A DNA stretch of 64,000 nt. It comes from a virus. Taxonomy: Duplodnaviria; Caudoviricetes. Positions 1-9,120 of this stretch are shown in pieces (within the stretch, counting starts at the first letter, position 1; the number at the start of each line of letters is the position of its first letter). Under the pieces are notes generated by a model. That model did not search any database. It was not told the origin of the DNA and saw only the letters and a list, made by a program, of their open reading frames with translations. The DNA lies in IMG/VR virus record IMGVR_UViG_3300035686_000002, positions 64,001 through 128,000 of that record; one strand, 5' to 3'. The position numbers and the translations under genes are program-made.

Positions 1-2
1 GT

Positions 3-38
3 AAAAGATTAAGCGCTGATAAAGATACTGAAGTATAG
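3..38 (+). CDS. 3' end of upstream gene, possibly terminase small subunit (partial)
   Basis: Open frame (KRLSADKDTEV*) ends TAG at 36-38, directly abutting the terminase ATG at 39. Identity is inferred from position only. Confidence 0.3.
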   Translation, partial: KRLSADKDTEV

Positions 39-1502
39 ATGAAAAAAAATTATTTAGCAATTAAAGCCGCTAGTCGAATTCTTGATCGTACCGGATTAAA
101 TCACACTCAAACCATAAAAAAGAATTTATACAACGTCCCTGAAGATTTTAAAGAATTTGCAAAACTATGTCGCATTCGATCGGGTAAAAGAAGTATCCCT
201 TTTGAATTATACGATTATCAAATTGAGCTGGCTAAAGTCCTTGATGCTCAGAGGGGTATGATCGTTTTCAAGACTCGCCAATTAGGAGCTACAGAAACGA
301 TTGCTTGCAAATTTTTGCACAAAGCAATTTTAAATCCTGCTTATGTTGCAGGTATTCTGTCAATGGGGCAAGAAGAAAGTTCTAACGTAGCCCGACGTAT
401 TCGTAAAATGCCTGCGGCTATCAAAAATTTTCAGTTTGGAACCAACAATCTTAAGGATTTAGAACTTAAAGGAGGCGGGCGTGTTGTGTTTCGACCTTCT
501 ACTGACAACGCAATCCGATCGTTAGAATCGGTTAGCGACTTGCTGTTTGACGAAAGTGCGTTTGTTGACAATGCTGAAGAGATTTATTCGTCTGCTGTAC
601 CCGCTCAAGAAATGGTAGGATCGGACGCTCGGACAGCGATTGTTTCAACTATGTCTCAATCTGGAAAGCTTTCGTGGTTTTGGAAAATGTTTGCTAGCAA
701 CAATGGCTTGATTGATGCCGAAAGAGTATGCGCTAGAGTTCGAGAAAATTTGGATGAACCGTATCAGTTCTGGATTGATGAAACTGGCTGGGCAAAAGTT
801 ATTTTACATTGGCGATCTCACCCTATCTATTCGCAGGTTCCTGACTATTTAGAAAAAACTAAAAATGAAAAAAAACTGACAGAGGACAAGGTACAGCGAG
901 AGTATAATCTAGGAATTCCTGCGTCGGGTGCATCATTGTTTCAAGCTGATATGGTCAATTTGTTTGCGATTGGCAATTGGCTACCTCCTAAACCAAATAA
1001 AGTATATCTAGCGGGAATAGACCCTAACTTTGGCGGCACAGATTATTTTTGTATGTTGATTTGGGATGTGACAGAAGCCCCGTATCATTTAGTCTGTCAG
1101 TATCGCGACAACGGTCACAGCAACAGTTATCACCAAGAAAGAGTGCTGCAATTGCTAGACAGTTATCAGCCAGCCATTACAGCCATTGAGTCAAACTCCG
1201 GTGGCGCTGTGATTCTTGAGGATTTGATTGTTGCCCGATCGTCATTTCGTTTTGAAAAAGTCAACACTTCGGCGGTGTCTAAGCGGGTCAACACCGATCG
1301 GCTAGCGATCGCGCTTGAGGGTGGTACGGTTTGTTATCCACCGGACTGGGAAGGTATTGAAGAGATGAAAAACTTTTCTGCGAAGGAGCGAAAAGCTGTC
1401 GCTGGTCATGATGACTGCGTGATGGCTTGGGCTGCGGCTTGGGTGTGGATTGGGGAGTTGATTGCGACTGAGGAAAATCTGCTTGCAAAAGCTTTTGGTT
1501 GA
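39..1502 (+). CDS. terL: Phage terminase large subunit
   Basis: Q-motif (LYDYQ), Walker A-like KTRQLGAT, Walker B LLFDESAF, coupling motif VST, RNase H-like nuclease acidic residues (GIDPNFGGTD, IESNSGG, HDDCVMA). Confidence 0.93.
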   Translation: MKKNYLAIKAASRILDRTGLNHTQTIKKNLYNVPEDFKEFAKLCRIRSGKRSIPFELYDYQIELAKVLDAQRGMIVFKTRQLGATETIACKFLHKAILNPAYVAGILSMGQEESSNVARRIRKMPAAIKNFQFGTNNLKDLELKGGGRVVFRPSTDNAIRSLESVSDLLFDESAFVDNAEEIYSSAVPAQEMVGSDARTAIVSTMSQSGKLSWFWKMFASNNGLIDAERVCARVRENLDEPYQFWIDETGWAKVILHWRSHPIYSQVPDYLEKTKNEKKLTEDKVQREYNLGIPASGASLFQADMVNLFAIGNWLPPKPNKVYLAGIDPNFGGTDYFCMLIWDVTEAPYHLVCQYRDNGHSNSYHQERVLQLLDSYQPAITAIESNSGGAVILEDLIVARSSFRFEKVNTSAVSKRVNTDRLAIALEGGTVCYPPDWEGIEEMKNFSAKERKAVAGHDDCVMAWAAAWVWIGELIATEENLLAKAFG

Positions 1503-1504
1503 GT

Positions 1505-2557
1505 CTAATTATTTTTGTTAGCATTTTTCTGTGCTTTCATTTGTTTTGTAAAAGCTGCTTCATTCTCTTCTTCAATTACCATTGCTGGCATAGCTTCACC
1601 TCTTTTTGCATCTATTGCTTTTGCTACAATTGCCGCAGCTACTTGAAATTTGCCAGACACTATTTCATAAGTAATATTCATAGGGGTTCCAGTCCTACGC
1701 AATATAGCAGGTTCTATAAATCCTCCTAGTTCTAAAAAAGATTCAGCTGCTGCACGAAGATCGTTTGAATCAAATTCATCGTCAGGCATGGCAATAGATT
1801 TTATTAACACAGTTCGAGGAAGAAGTCTTGGACTATCGGTAAATTTTTTGCTTGCGTCTGGTTCCAGTGATTTCTCCATAGCAATCTGCTCTGCCAATTT
1901 CTGAGCAGAAATCTTGCCAGTTGTGCCAATTGTAGGTGCAGTTGTTTCTGTTACAGGTTTAGCTGTTGAACTTGTCGCAACCGTCGGTGTTTTAATTTTA
2001 GCTGCCACTTGTTTTGCTATTTCCTGTACTTCTGGTGACATTGGCTGCTTGCAAGGTTTCCCCATTGCCCGACACACCGCACCGCACGGAAATGTTTTAT
2101 CGGGAGTGCAAGTCAAAGTTTTTCCTGACTTGTTGACTTTTGTTTTGACGCCCACCTTAGCTTTTGTTGGCGCATCGGCACGCGAAAACCAACTGTCTAA
2201 TTTTTGCTCAATCACCTCTGCATCCGAAACCTCAAATGCTTCCCGCGCTGAATAAATTATTTTAAACCGATTGGCATTTTCTTGTTCTGCCAACAGCGAA
2301 TCTGCCTTATTTGCAGATTTAACGCCAACTGGCTTGTAATACACACTGTTATTGTTGACATTTAGAATATATTGAAAAGTTGTTCCGTCTGCAACGAATT
2401 CACCAACAATATTTCCGCTGGGCCTTTTTCCGTAAGTTTTAATGCGATCAATACCAGAAGTGTAATAAATATTTAATATTTTTGATAACAACTTAGACGT
2501 TTCAACGTTGTTGTCTAACCCAGATCCAGTTAAATTGCCAATTGTAGTACCTTGCAT
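1505..2557 (-). CDS. Divergent member of the shared-N-module family; Cys4 knuckle plus C-terminal ParB-like domain
   Basis: GNIVGEF...VYYKP resembles the family module. Contains CTPDKTFPCGAVCRAMGKPC. The C-terminus (GGFIEPAILRRTG...YEIVSG...RGEAMPAMVI) resembles cyanobacterial ParB/Srx-like domains. Confidence 0.7.
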   Translation of the reverse strand: MQGTTIGNLTGSGLDNNVETSKLLSKILNIYYTSGIDRIKTYGKRPSGNIVGEFVADGTTFQYILNVNNNSVYYKPVGVKSANKADSLLAEQENANRFKIIYSAREAFEVSDAEVIEQKLDSWFSRADAPTKAKVGVKTKVNKSGKTLTCTPDKTFPCGAVCRAMGKPCKQPMSPEVQEIAKQVAAKIKTPTVATSSTAKPVTETTAPTIGTTGKISAQKLAEQIAMEKSLEPDASKKFTDSPRLLPRTVLIKSIAMPDDEFDSNDLRAAAESFLELGGFIEPAILRRTGTPMNITYEIVSGKFQVAAAIVAKAIDAKRGEAMPAMVIEEENEAAFTKQMKAQKNANKNN

Positions 2558-2573
2558 TTTGTTGTTTCCTAAA

Positions 2574-2840
2574 TTAATAAATTTTATCTGGATCGTGTTT
2601 TGGTGGTGTGCCTTCGTCTGTAATTTCCCCTTCCCAAGTGTCCACAGCAGCTTGGGCTATTGTCATATCAGGCCACGGATTAGAGGAAGAATAAAGCATA
2701 AAGAATGGTTCGCCGATCGTTGCCGTTCTGATTTCGTTTTGTGTCCACTCATTTAGCATAGTCGTCAGGTCGGCATCGTCACTTGTCCATTCGCCGTTTT
2801 CAATATTGCATTTCGATCCGTGAATTTCTAAGGTAATCAT
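2574..2840 (-). CDS. Small acidic hypothetical protein, candidate immunity/partner of 2840..4753
   Basis: 88 aa, acidic. Its start overlaps the stop of the upstream peptidase-domain gene (TAATG). Confidence 0.55.
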   Translation of the reverse strand: MITLEIHGSKCNIENGEWTSDDADLTTMLNEWTQNEIRTATIGEPFFMLYSSSNPWPDMTIAQAAVDTWEGEITDEGTPPKHDPDKIY

Positions 2841-4753
2841 TATTTCCCTCTCAGCGTGTTGTAAATAAAAGCAAAATACTCTGGATCGGCTTTAGCGAAT
2901 CCAGCAGGATCTTTGTACATCATCTCCATTCCCATTGACAAAATCTCTGAATTTTCGTCACTGTTTGTTTTTTTGCCCATATAAGGTTTTAACCATTTAT
3001 CGGGCTTCGCTACTTCATTATCCCCGTAGTTTGAGTTGCCTGTCAAGTCGCTAAGTTTTTGCCATTTCTCCCCAGCAGTTCTATTCTCGAAAAACTTCTG
3101 CACTTTATTATGAATATTAGGATCTGATTCTTCTAGCCAGTGCGCTGCTTCGTGAACGACAACCTCTACAGGGGCTTTGTCCGCCATATAGATGCCACCT
3201 CTTCCGTAGAACGAGCGATCGGCTGCTTTCCCAAAGTTGGTATCAAGTGCTGCTACTTTTAAAGTTTTCCCGTCAACAGTATTAACTCCTACCATTTTCT
3301 TAAAAGCGATTATTCCTGCTACCAGTTTTGTTGATTGCTCTTGATTTAACGTTCCTGTCTTGGCTCGTGTTTTTGGATTTGTTAAGCCACCGTTGACTCC
3401 TTTCATTTTAGATGGCGGGTTTACATATAAAAATTCACGAGCAACATTTGCGGTGAAATTCTCATACTTTTTGCAAGCTTCTTCTACTTCCGTGTTCCAA
3501 TTTTCCGAATAAAATTTTCTAGCTGCTGCTTTCCCTTTTGTGGCTGTAATTTCATTAGCTTTCTTTGTCACTTCTTGCTTTTTGTCAATTGCTAATTTAT
3601 AGTCTTTCCCTATAACTTCAGATAATTTTTGCAAGTATGCAGCAACCTCCGCACCTGACTTCATTTTGCTCGCTGCTTGTCGTGCAAGTATTTTTGCTTC
3701 AGCAAAATTGTCGGAGTCAAATGCTTTTTTTAGTCCAGCGACTAGGGGGTCAATCGGTGGCTGCTTCTTAACCCCAGCCTTAAACATTCCCGCCCGTTCT
3801 TTCTCTAGCGTGTTTGCCTTGGCTTTCAAATCGTTAGCAGTGCCGTATCGCGACCACTTGTTATTGCCTTTTGAGTCTAAGTATTTGGCTAAAGCTCGGA
3901 TTTTGTCAATCCGTCCTTGGCTAACGCTCTCAATTGAGCCACCCGCTCGGTTAGTCTGTTGACCCGCACTGTTGATCCAACAGGTGTGTTGCAAGGGAAT
4001 ACAGATACTGCCGCACCCGTAGCTAATACTTGTGCAACGTGGCTTTTTCCCGCCTTTTACTGCGTCGTGCTTGACTTCTAATGAGGTATAACCCAGAGAG
4101 AACACGTCAAACAACCTTGAGTCTGCTACGCTGTCAGTGTTGTTTGTGGCGATCGCAGGCTTGTATCCAATTCGGTTGTCTTGGACAGAATAACTAAAAA
4201 TTCGACGATTCCAAGCGTCTTGGAATTTACCAGAAATATCGCCATTGTCCGCAATATCAAACGAAATTAAGTTAATGTTTGAACCGTAAGCATCGTCGCT
4301 TTTGATTAGTTCTTCCAATTGTTCGACAAAATTTGTCAACTCATCAGCGTCTTTTTTTACCTTAGAGTGCAAACCTATGTCATCTTGTAATTGGGCGATC
4401 GAATATTGACTAGCAGCCCCAAACAACTGCCGGGGAACGTGCTTAAGAAACGTCTCAACAGCCTCGTCAAAATTTTGAGCGCCCAAAACATACTTATACT
4501 CATCAATCGCCCCCGTCGGAGTAACTTGCACAACCTTAAATACTGTCGGCGCATCGCTGACTACATACACGTCTAAAGCTTTACCGTCCAAGCCAGCTCC
4601 CCACGAGCCACGAATGCAGCCGTAGTCGCAAGACATCGGTGGAGCAAATGAGAATCGAGCCTCCCCGCTTTTGGTAGTAATGTTTAGCGGGATTCCATTC
4701 CAGGATCGAACTTCCTTGGCGGGTTCGCTGTTGGCGTCTGTGCGATATCTCAT
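2840..4753 (-). CDS. Polyvalent phage protein: InPase-like domain + shared family module + Cys4 + zincin-like metallopeptidase
   Basis: N-terminal DYGCIRG...DGKALDVYV...DEYKYVLG (inorganic-pyrophosphatase-like). Internal SDDAYGS...GKFQDAWNRR...YKPA. CTSISYGCGSICIPLQHTC. C-terminal HEAAHWLE...PYMGK...EILSMGME. Confidence 0.8.
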   Translation of the reverse strand: MRYRTDANSEPAKEVRSWNGIPLNITTKSGEARFSFAPPMSCDYGCIRGSWGAGLDGKALDVYVVSDAPTVFKVVQVTPTGAIDEYKYVLGAQNFDEAVETFLKHVPRQLFGAASQYSIAQLQDDIGLHSKVKKDADELTNFVEQLEELIKSDDAYGSNINLISFDIADNGDISGKFQDAWNRRIFSYSVQDNRIGYKPAIATNNTDSVADSRLFDVFSLGYTSLEVKHDAVKGGKKPRCTSISYGCGSICIPLQHTCWINSAGQQTNRAGGSIESVSQGRIDKIRALAKYLDSKGNNKWSRYGTANDLKAKANTLEKERAGMFKAGVKKQPPIDPLVAGLKKAFDSDNFAEAKILARQAASKMKSGAEVAAYLQKLSEVIGKDYKLAIDKKQEVTKKANEITATKGKAAARKFYSENWNTEVEEACKKYENFTANVAREFLYVNPPSKMKGVNGGLTNPKTRAKTGTLNQEQSTKLVAGIIAFKKMVGVNTVDGKTLKVAALDTNFGKAADRSFYGRGGIYMADKAPVEVVVHEAAHWLEESDPNIHNKVQKFFENRTAGEKWQKLSDLTGNSNYGDNEVAKPDKWLKPYMGKKTNSDENSEILSMGMEMMYKDPAGFAKADPEYFAFIYNTLRGK

Positions 4754-6216
4754 TATTCTTCCTCCTCAAAAGCGGCTGCATCATCGCTACCCATTTCTAC
4801 TGGTGGAGCATTCTGTTCTTCTTCTAACTTTTTGCGCTTGTCAACATTTAAATTAACATTATATTGCGGAGTAGTCCCCCCAAATACTGACTTGGCAACT
4901 TCTTCTGGTAATAGCACTTGAGAGCTAATATAACCATTTAATGTTCCACCATAGATAGAAAATAACTCTGCTTTTTCTTTTTCAGTCATCGGGTGCGTGT
5001 CAACAAAATTCCACCGAAAACCGTTGGGTATATTTCCTTTTGTTGGTGAGTCTTTAGCAAGCCAGCAGAGCTTGTGAAATCGGTTTAATTGTTTTTTCAT
5101 ATGGCGGTCTTGATATTGGCGAACAGTTTTGTTCATATCTGTTTGCTCGCTGCCACCACTAACACCTAGTTTGCCTGCTGGCGACACTCCCAAAAGGTAC
5201 GTGCGCGGTAGATTGGATGCGGCTACACATTCGTCAATCGCTTTTTCTACCGCTCCAAAAATACTTTCAAAATTTAGTGAACTTTCTTGTATGTCTTCTT
5301 TGTCTTTGTCAATTACTCTGTATTTAAAGCTTGATTCCATTATTGCGCCTTCTGCAACACGCTTTCTTAAAATTTCTTCATTTCCCGCTAGAATTGTTTT
5401 CCACAAATCTGCAATCTTCCAAGTCTTTTTAATAATTTCTGGTAATAAAGAAGCAACTAAGCTAATAGCCATATCGTATCGAGCAAGTGGTTGAGCAAAT
5501 GTTTCTAATACCGAATTTCCCCAACCTTGATTGCGCTGTCTAGAACTGTCTAACAAACGGGCGGCACCGCCGAACCGTAAAATTCGCGATCGATGAATTA
5601 GTCCCGTATTACTATGCCCAATACTTTCTCCCAAGTTTAAACGATAGTGAGTTGGTCGGCTCATGTTCCATGCAATACTATCTTGCATTAAAAATTTTTT
5701 ATTTTTTTCTAACGTAGGATGGCGTTCTGGAGTTACAGCCCTACGGTTAAAAACTCGTAAAAAGTTAATAGTTTTAATATTTTTTTCATCTACTTCTTCC
5801 CAGGGTTCTCGTCCGTCGTCAATATCAATATAAATAGCTGAACCCCCTGTCAGTCGTTCTTCCCGCATAGCTTCGTTAAAAATGTCAGCCGTTGATATTT
5901 CATCGCCAACATCATCGACCAGCCTATCTTGGTATTCAATAAAATGACCAATTAAATTTGGCGCGTTGTTTTCGCCTGTAATTTGATACTCAACCCACTC
6001 ACGAGTACATTCGTCAGGTAGTATGTCAATTAAGTTTTGCACCATCCAGTGATATTCGTAAAGATGATCTATTTCTTGAGCTGTTAATTTACGACGAGAT
6101 TGAATTTGTGTAAATTGACTTCGATCTCGTGCTGTTCCTTGTCCAGTATAAACGTTGGCAAACAGTCCGGGCAAAAATGAATCCTGTCTACTAAACAAAT
6201 CATCTAAATCACTCAT
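4753..6216 (-). CDS. Phage portal protein (DUF1073 type)
   Basis: IDILPDECTREW, ERLTGGSAIYI, IHRSRILRF, GWGNSVL, AASNLPRTYLLGVSPAG, and W-F-x-x-x-P-x-TEKEKAE are typical DUF1073 portal features. Confidence 0.88.
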   Translation of the reverse strand: MSDLDDLFSRQDSFLPGLFANVYTGQGTARDRSQFTQIQSRRKLTAQEIDHLYEYHWMVQNLIDILPDECTREWVEYQITGENNAPNLIGHFIEYQDRLVDDVGDEISTADIFNEAMREERLTGGSAIYIDIDDGREPWEEVDEKNIKTINFLRVFNRRAVTPERHPTLEKNKKFLMQDSIAWNMSRPTHYRLNLGESIGHSNTGLIHRSRILRFGGAARLLDSSRQRNQGWGNSVLETFAQPLARYDMAISLVASLLPEIIKKTWKIADLWKTILAGNEEILRKRVAEGAIMESSFKYRVIDKDKEDIQESSLNFESIFGAVEKAIDECVAASNLPRTYLLGVSPAGKLGVSGGSEQTDMNKTVRQYQDRHMKKQLNRFHKLCWLAKDSPTKGNIPNGFRWNFVDTHPMTEKEKAELFSIYGGTLNGYISSQVLLPEEVAKSVFGGTTPQYNVNLNVDKRKKLEEEQNAPPVEMGSDDAAAFEEEE

Positions 6217-6932
6217 GGTTTATTTTCTAAGTTTTTAGGAATATTTGCAAACATTCTATTCAAATCAAAATCTTCTGTATCAAGTCCTAATGCTTTGTTA
6301 ATAACATCCGGGTTTTGCTCTTTATATTTCTGGTAACTTTCTGCCAGATATTGCTTACGCCTGTCTTCTGGTGACTCTTGTGAAGCATTGTAGGCTTGCA
6401 CCAATAAATTAATTGTACCAAGATCGAATCGATCAAACAAAGCTAGTGTATCTTGAACGCTTGTTGCCGCAGTCAGTTGTCCAATTGTATCAATCACAAA
6501 ATCACCACAACTCTTAATTGGCGGATTCCAGTTGTCAATCTCGTCTCCCTCTTGTGGCTCAAAAGGTACTTTTGTTGAGGTATCAAATTCTGATTGATGG
6601 AGGGCAAGCAACTCGCTGGGGAACGCTTGAGCTTGCGCTTCTTTTCCTTCAATACGGCACAAAAACATAGACTGCACTTCTTCTGGTTCCATTAGCGATA
6701 CATCCCAACCGTAAACAGTCGGCTGCGGTGGTGTATCAAGCCTAGGGAACAAATCAGCAATCTGCTGTAATAGTGTCCAGTGATTTGTAAGTAGCAAAGC
6801 AGTGTCACCACCTAAGTTTTCCCACACTTTTGTCAACTCTTCAGTTAGAAGCTGAAAAGAAGATAATCTGGAAAAAGGAACCGGGGCAATCACAATTACT
6901 TGAAGCCCCAGCCAAAAAAGTAAACTTTTCAT
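6213..6932 (-). CDS. Hypothetical protein, possible tail assembly chaperone
   Basis: Coupled downstream of the putative tail tube gene. No recognisable motif. Confidence 0.4.
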   Translation of the reverse strand: MKSLLFWLGLQVIVIAPVPFSRLSSFQLLTEELTKVWENLGGDTALLLTNHWTLLQQIADLFPRLDTPPQPTVYGWDVSLMEPEEVQSMFLCRIEGKEAQAQAFPSELLALHQSEFDTSTKVPFEPQEGDEIDNWNPPIKSCGDFVIDTIGQLTAATSVQDTLALFDRFDLGTINLLVQAYNASQESPEDRRKQYLAESYQKYKEQNPDVINKALGLDTEDFDLNRMFANIPKNLENKP

Positions 6933-6941
6933 TGCTTAGAT

Positions 6942-7763
6942 TTAACAAACTCTTTGCTGTGGCAACCATTCCCATTCATAAGGTCTGCACCGCCCAGCGG
7001 TGACGATTGTGTAAGCAATATCTACTTTTTGGTCGTCGCCTAAAGGAATATCGCCTTCAGCCGGATTTAAGAGTGCCTCAAAGATTTTTAAGTGCCACCG
7101 TTTTTGTGTTCGGGTTTGTCCGCAAATATTGATTTCGCATCGTTCCAAAGGAGCTGCTTCATTAAGGCGAACAATTCCGGCTAAATTATTCGGAATCATC
7201 ATTGATACGTGTTTGCCTACCAAATCAGCACTAAATCCCAGTCCCATGTTTGCACCGATCGCTACAGTTCGAGTTCCCGTTGGCGGTGTACTTGCTGAAT
7301 AAGTACCCGTCATTGTCAGTTCTACGGGAACACCATCTTCTGTAAGCGTTCCGCCTTTAGCACCTGTTGGAGATGCAATTACACCAAAACCTTCTTGACC
7401 TGCAATCGCTGGTGGTAAAAGTTGCTGGGTTATTAGCCGAGGGGCCCAGTGAATGAATGTAGGTGTTTGAGTCGCGATTGTCTCTGGCTCTAAACCTTCT
7501 CGCATACCTACCGTCAGTGGCGTAAACAGCGGGAAAGAAAATCGAATAGACGGTCTGTTTTCATTGGTAAACTGATCGGCAAGAACTTTTTCACCTTGAG
7601 CAGAAGAAGTCATTACTTCTGTCAAACTAACGCCTTTGTTGAGAACTGGATCGTTTGGAGTTGCTACGCAAACTGGAGAACCTAATACACCCAAATTGTT
7701 GTAAAAACGAATTGTGATGTCGGTTATTGAACCTTTGCGACCTTGAAACGGTGAATTTGACAT
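6942..7763 (-). CDS. Putative major tail (tube) protein
   Basis: 273 aa, beta-rich and G/P/T-rich, located in the virion operon after neck-like genes. Confidence 0.5.
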   Translation of the reverse strand: MSNSPFQGRKGSITDITIRFYNNLGVLGSPVCVATPNDPVLNKGVSLTEVMTSSAQGEKVLADQFTNENRPSIRFSFPLFTPLTVGMREGLEPETIATQTPTFIHWAPRLITQQLLPPAIAGQEGFGVIASPTGAKGGTLTEDGVPVELTMTGTYSASTPPTGTRTVAIGANMGLGFSADLVGKHVSMMIPNNLAGIVRLNEAAPLERCEINICGQTRTQKRWHLKIFEALLNPAEGDIPLGDDQKVDIAYTIVTAGRCRPYEWEWLPQQRVC

Positions 7764-7799
7764 AACTTTAAATTAGACAGTAAAATGAATTTGAACGAA

Positions 7800-8162
7800 T
7801 TAGCTAGTTTGACTAGCTTTTGGTTTTGGAACTGGCTTTGCTGTAACTGCCAAAACAACTTCGTTCTCGTCGGTTGGTGGAACGAACTGTTTTAGATCGA
7901 TCAAAATGTGATTTAACAAACTAGCTTCGCCTAATTCTCCGTTGACGTATTGAGCTGCTTTGACTTCAAATCGCTGTTTACCTTCTTCCACTCCGAGTCG
8001 AACACATTCAATTGTTGCAACAACAGTTTGTGTGCCGTCGAGCATTGGCATAATGAGCGGAAATATAAAACTGGTATCTGTTTCTGTTGGTTGTCCGGGG
8101 ACTATTTCGGCAGTAACGTCAACCATAGGATGTTCTTTTTCTACTTGAAGATTGATGATCAT
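7800..8162 (-). CDS. Hypothetical virion-operon protein
   Basis: Coupled ORF in the structural operon. Confidence 0.55.
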   Translation of the reverse strand: MIINLQVEKEHPMVDVTAEIVPGQPTETDTSFIFPLIMPMLDGTQTVVATIECVRLGVEEGKQRFEVKAAQYVNGELGEASLLNHILIDLKQFVPPTDENEVVLAVTAKPVPKPKASQTS

Positions 8163-8641
8163 GGGCTGAAAGCTCCTGTTACTGCGGTTAACTCTGCGAA
8201 TTCGCAGTGGAATTTGACATTAAACTGAAATACAAAAGACAGTATCCAGTCTGATTTGTTTTGGTCATTCAGTAACACGTTGCCTGTGCATTTAATTTCT
8301 TCAATATCGGATGACAGACAAGCGTAATGCGCTTGAAGATTTAACAAAATATAGGTTAATTTGTCTTCAGCTTGACTGCGAGGAACAGTTGTATAAGAAT
8401 GGGAGCTATCAAGTCGATATTCTACTTGTATAGGGATTTTTGTTTGAAGTAAATAACTACTTGTTTCTCCAGTTCCGACTATTTTCACTATTGAATACTC
8501 GGAAGCGTTTCCGTCAAGACCTGCTGAGGGTGGCGCTCGCAAGTCTTTGACTGATTCTGGCGAGTTTAGACCCCATCTATCTATTCGGAGTTGTTGACTC
8601 AACCATTCTTTTAATTTGGTTCTAAGTTCACTTGGTAGCAT
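8159..8641 (-). CDS. Putative tail terminator/completion protein
   Basis: 160 aa with N-terminal helix and C-terminal beta strands (WILSFVFQFNV), upstream of the tail tube candidate. Confidence 0.4.
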   Translation of the reverse strand: MLPSELRTKLKEWLSQQLRIDRWGLNSPESVKDLRAPPSAGLDGNASEYSIVKIVGTGETSSYLLQTKIPIQVEYRLDSSHSYTTVPRSQAEDKLTYILLNLQAHYACLSSDIEEIKCTGNVLLNDQNKSDWILSFVFQFNVKFHCEFAELTAVTGAFSP

Positions 8642-9117
8642 TAGATTAATCCTGGTAGAGTTCCAAAAATATTTGTTTTAAATAAATCGCCCTTGACAAT
8701 TAAATCTCCTTGCCAAGTTTTGTTAACGCTCAATCCTGTTAATTGAATTTCTAAAAATAGTTTTTTTGCAGGCTGAAACCAGGTCGCGTCCGATCGGGGC
8801 AAGTCCAAAAGTTGTCCAAGATTTTGGTCAAGGATTAGCGTTTCAGTATCTTGTGGGGCTAAAACTAAGGACAAATCTGCTGTCGTTAACGTCGTGTTTA
8901 GCGTGACAGCAAAGTTTTTGGAACCAATTGCTTGTACTGATTGAGCCGGATTCAACGAATCAAGCGCCAACAACCGCACAACGGGCAGAGTTTGCGCCGA
9001 GAAACTGGTTAACGGAATCCGGGCGGAAAACTTCAACGTGTCGCCCTGAATCATTACCAAGTTTCGCAGTTCGCTTGGCTTGTCGTTTACTGAGAATTTG
9101 ACTAAATCTAGACTCAT
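8641..9117 (-). CDS. Structural protein with BppU-N-like beta domain
   Basis: MIQGDTLKF...LVLAPQDT...FLEIQL...WQGDLIV pattern, similar to the C-half of 10476..11219. Confidence 0.5.
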   Translation of the reverse strand: MSLDLVKFSVNDKPSELRNLVMIQGDTLKFSARIPLTSFSAQTLPVVRLLALDSLNPAQSVQAIGSKNFAVTLNTTLTTADLSLVLAPQDTETLILDQNLGQLLDLPRSDATWFQPAKKLFLEIQLTGLSVNKTWQGDLIVKGDLFKTNIFGTLPGLI

Positions 9118-9120
9118 TAT

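Noticed and set aside
4753-6216. Calling the DUF1073 protein an anti-CBASS Acb1 nuclease
   Set aside because: Size, motifs and context fit a portal protein, and no paired HxT/S 2H-phosphoesterase motifs were seen.
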